DNA from: Promethearchaeota archaeon
GTDB taxonomy: Archaea; Asgardarchaeota; Lokiarchaeia; Sigyniarchaeales; SOKP01
NCBI GenBank assembly: GCA_048938895.1
Contig: JBHLLU010000002.1
Coordinates: 82,394 to 146,393, forward strand
Length of the DNA: 64,000 bases
Direction of reading: 5' to 3'
The notes under the pieces are model-generated. The model made no database searches and was not told where the DNA came from. It saw only the letters and a program-made list of their open reading frames with translations. Numbering within the stretch: position 1 is the first letter of the stretch; the number at the start of each line of letters is the position of its first letter. This document shows positions 62,701 to 64,000 of the stretch, in pieces. A program made the translations under genes and the position numbers.

Positions 62701-62866
62701 TCAGAATCTCATAATCATTTTCAGAATAAATTTGATTGTTTTTATAATTTAATCCATTAAAGTCTTTAAATAATAAATTAGTAAAAATTGATGAGGAAAG
62801 TGTAAACCATAATACAAGTATTAAAATTTTTACTCGATGTTTTAATCTATCCCTATAAATTCTCAA
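56768..62866 (-). CDS. Giant single-pass surface protein: 3x(DUF2341 + LamG/ConA-like), six Ig-like repeats, TM helix, cytoplasmic TPR-like helical domain
   Basis: N-terminal signal, repeated 'YKEI.I.H.KVSGSEDL.NFPVLIS', 'GVWH', 'FDG.IDE.RIS', TM FFIYIIIGIVIASVAGLI, helical tail with 'GAYLEAQKQYK' and 'FEKAAERYEKC'. Confidence 0.85.
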   Translation of the reverse strand: MRIYRDRLKHRVKILILVLWFTLSSSIFTNLLFKDFNGLNYKNNQIYSENDYEILNLPNRSSIVPFNYYKIITIDHTKVNGSVDLKNFPLLLSVIDSDLDDKAQSDGDDIAFASDKGWLDHEIELYNPNYTLDEAQLIAWIRIPRLSTSKDTNIFMFYGNPNISSQENPTGVWMDYVGVWHFAESSGVASDSTTYNVNGSTTNMVYQEPGQIGHCFNWTDGESSQVNYGDPIDDHLDFGTGNMTVSLWVNLDQDVDDSQWLVAKGRTSKPNDPGFIINSDLAPTSRWRFTLGSSPTSYTVESDPIVDYDEWNYVVGTVDRLSDFSYLYTNNGSFDNRIDISGLGSISSDDDLVLPWNPTDNGFDGLLDELRLTGKYRTEGWINTEYSNQYYPNSFYSIGIELSDWDHPPNGHYFEYYKEIVIDHTKVSGSEDLLNFPVLISTFDEDLHDKAQMDGDDIAFSDGLFWLKYEIEHFEKSYNSTHAQLVAWVRLNRLSVLQDTIIRMYYGNFTMDSGETPEEVWDSKYESVWHLSEDPTGTIYDSTSNNNDCISYGSMNLGDLVTGKIDGSLDFDGNNDYLQMENLIDQKTGTYSLWLYPHSVVSQHNLLCYELQVSRLYFNSGGIIKVTTIQNMEEFIFDQSIITEHKWYHIVFVRDGDIGNLYVNGSWVQQVVLTDALELWIDKIGGTDAGIYMFDGNIDEVRISNKTYSADWIKTEYINQYDPNSFYSIGIENSVSDWDHPSNAQYFTYYKEIIINHSKISGSEDLRNFPVLISTFDEELHDKAQIDGDDIAFSIGLFWLKHEIELFNRSYNSTHAQLIAWVRLPQLSPSADIIIRMYYGNLTMESRENPEGVWDSNYKGVWHLNEQTGGTNAIIDSTSYSNDGTDINNPQLGQNGQIYNSIKFDNTVEQRIEVLDDISLDISNQLTVEAWINPKYNDKFMTIVSKMDGSWGNLDENDLYISIDFFGKYNIELSNQSDDHRWNSDVSIATGVWQHFVFTYQSSTSIGKIFVNGVFMAEHDFGIGSIGTNGNPFYIGFNRAWLNEVFDGSIDEVRISDDIYSADWIKTEYNNQHNPQSFLTIGSEQSLDETPPTYSNLMESSDPLELGNTEVITINVSDPSGVNQVQIEFEGSDLENMTNIGGDTWQYDSWSPTNVGNYTYTIWMADIYNNWNSTMGIIEVIDTISPTYSDLIESADPLQLGQNETITIKVYDSPGSGVNQVLLEYDSSNHTMVWIGGNTWSWNKWKPTSIGVHSYIIYMNDIENNWNVTSGTITVLSTTAPVFENHTKIDPLELGNNISIIVDVFDNETIVDDVLIEIEGVNYTMSNIGGFTYEYNNSTRLQVGIVYYTIFANDTDNNWNSFTSSFDIVDTSPPILSNLVKNIDPLELGNPAIISVNSTDLSEINQVKIEFEGSNHTMTFIEGNMWRYDFWIPSATGNYFYKIWAEDNNKNWGSIGDSILVQDTTLPIYSDLTESGKIIDLGDTLIISINCTDLAGIKEVLIECENTNNTMTSIGGNIWQYNSWTPTKVGNYTYKIYMIDDNDNINSVSSSILFQDITIPLYANVFENADPLELGDNQIIRIDVYDIAGINQTLIEFEGTNHSMMNIYGNTWQYDLWIPENWTLYQYRIHMEDLSGNWNLFIANITVQDTIAPLAPTMTNSPSGDVSGILIFDWLEGSDPSGISHYVLIIDNETDPHNTPGYIFEIIIPNIGQNSSFFELSKELADGTYYFFLSQVDGVGHQSAYTMGTFNVITINNGSANFFIYIIIGIVIASVAGLITTATIVRKRTKKEMFPRLKKIPFKEIYAHIIKLSNVQLPTDEYISSSNERTDNLIDQEEVEMKITEIKNLGEQLFAEGAYLEAQKQYKLGMNFLKSLSRQEEAQLFTELISGIEKLITERERRLVILEQIKLEGNSKQIFDIYQEIIEISKKLRDPDTASFSQSELVLYFQNNQVNISELERYKFDLEKKADILFNKTFFEKAAERYEKCIQISELLVQLGREDEVLLIEEYRNKKKECLNRKNIKIFRGEKN
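57920..59600 (-). repeat. Six tandem ~93-aa Ig-like repeats (approximate bounds)
   Basis: P.YS.L.E..DPLELG....I....D..G...V.IE.EG.N.TM..IGG..W.Y..W.P...G.Y.Y.I...D...NW repeated. Confidence 0.85.
59620..62670 (-). repeat. Three tandem ~330-aa DUF2341/LamG modules (approximate bounds)
   Basis: Repeated protein motifs; copies 2 and 3 share long nucleotide matches (e.g. TCATCAAAAGTAGAAATTAAAACGGGAAAATTT near 60534 and 61533). Confidence 0.85.
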
Positions 62867-62987
62867 AAATGTCGACCAACTGAATTATTAGAAATATGTT
62901 TAACTCTCTTCTTTAATGTAAAAAATAAAAAAAGTTTATAAAAAAGGTGTGTTTTTTTCAAGTTTTTTGTTATAGTATCACATAATC

Positions 62988-63016
62988 TTGCACATATATC
63001 TTGATTTTTAGTGCAA
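62988..63016. promoter_or_regulatory. Inverted TTGCAC...GTGCAA boxes upstream of the surface-protein/Rag operon
   Basis: TTGCACA 62988-62994 and AGTGCAA 63010-63016. Confidence 0.4.
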
Positions 63017-63061
63017 AAAATTAAATAGATAAGATTATTTTAGCACGTTTTTTTAAAGATT

Positions 63062-64000
63062 TTATTTCTTACTGTAATCAAAGGTAACTTCGCATTTATC
63101 GCTATCACAGAATTTTTCCCCGATTTCACGGTCTTGAGTATCATCTAGCGAGAGGGGATTTATTTGTGCAATCATTGCTTCATACTGTTGTTTGGTAATT
63201 TCTTCATAAGGTGCCTGTTTATATCCATGTTCTTTTATTGGTAAAAAGCTAGCACTTTTCAGCTTATCCTCACAGAATTCAAGTACATGCTTAATTTGTT
63301 TCGCTTCATTTAGATTGAAGGTAATTGTTATACTTACTTGATTATCAGACCATCTTGATTGATAGTCAATAGCATTCGCTGCTTGTTCCCATATTGATAC
63401 TTCATTTTTGGAGCGATCAAAATATTTCTCATGAATGGGAAATTCAGCTACTACAGTATTAGGTGAATATGAATCATCCTCTATTTTATAGCCTGCGTTT
63501 CTTATGGGCTCGATTAAATCTGAGTTTTTAGAAAGTCGAATTCTTCGTATATAATATTCCGAATGTGGATAATGAATCCCAGGAGGGACGCCTGGTAGTA
63601 AACTAACAGTTCCACTTGGTTTTACCGTTGTAATTTTGATTGATTTTGGGATACATAACCAATCAGAGTACTGTTCATCTAGCTCTCGTAAATATTTATA
63701 AGCTTTATCACACCATTCTAAAACTTTTCTTCTTCCATGTTTGACGAAAGCTTCAATTATTCCTGTTTGGGAGATACCCATCCTTCTATTTTTCAGCATA
63801 ACCGCATTAGTCTCTTTCCAATGGGTGTTAACCAAAGTTACAGATTTAGAATATAAATAGGCATATTTTAGTGTGTCTTCAAACTCTTCATAGCTTTCAT
63901 GACGAGATGGGAAAGTTTCTACTAGACAACATAATTCAAAAGACTCAAGGCTTTGCTCACCACAGGGATTCACACCAGCTACCTTTTTGTCTTTAAAATC
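63062..64000 (-). CDS. nrdJ: Class II (B12-dependent) ribonucleotide reductase, C-terminal part; gene begins beyond the window
   Basis: Frame open to 64000; AGVNPCGEQ.L...ELC.LVE, TTVKPSGTVS, QAPYEEIT, C-terminal FCDSDKC. Confidence 0.92.
   Translation of the reverse strand, partial: DFKDKKVAGVNPCGEQSLESFELCCLVETFPSRHESYEEFEDTLKYAYLYSKSVTLVNTHWKETNAVMLKNRRMGISQTGIIEAFVKHGRRKVLEWCDKAYKYLRELDEQYSDWLCIPKSIKITTVKPSGTVSLLPGVPPGIHYPHSEYYIRRIRLSKNSDLIEPIRNAGYKIEDDSYSPNTVVAEFPIHEKYFDRSKNEVSIWEQAANAIDYQSRWSDNQVSITITFNLNEAKQIKHVLEFCEDKLKSASFLPIKEHGYKQAPYEEITKQQYEAMIAQINPLSLDDTQDREIGEKFCDSDKCEVTFDYSKK

Noticed and set aside
63062-64000. Intein or intron in nrdJ
   Set aside because: The visible portion is colinear with class II RNR motifs and shows no insertion

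Overview
AT-rich (roughly 30% GC by eye), gene-dense archaeal chromosome segment. It is most consistent with an Asgard archaeon (Lokiarchaeia): it carries Arf-like and Rag/Gtr1-like small GTPases fused to longin/roadblock-type domains, uDENN/longin-like proteins, a vWA-RING protein, C-terminally anchored surface proteins and archaeal Fwd/Hdr genes. Contents in order: a signalling island (Arf-like GTPase, multi-TM proteins, three PAS histidine kinases, an RHH-HisKA-receiver regulator); a GH94 phosphorylase plus Opp/Dpp-type ABC oligosaccharide locus; korAB-acdA; a fwdG-F-D-B-C operon with fdhD and hdrB nearby; and a giant LamG/Ig surface protein coupled to a Rag-like GTPase, longin and roadblock genes. 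The window ends inside nrdJ. The top finding is that fwdB is interrupted inside its [4Fe-4S] CxxC motif by a 29-nt insert (38425-38453). The insert folds into a canonical bulge-helix-bulge splicing motif whose predicted cut sites exactly restore the frame, so it is a candidate tRNA-endonuclease-spliced mRNA intron in a central metabolic gene. No rRNA, tRNA, CRISPR array or transposase was recognised. All domain calls are by eye, not from database searches.
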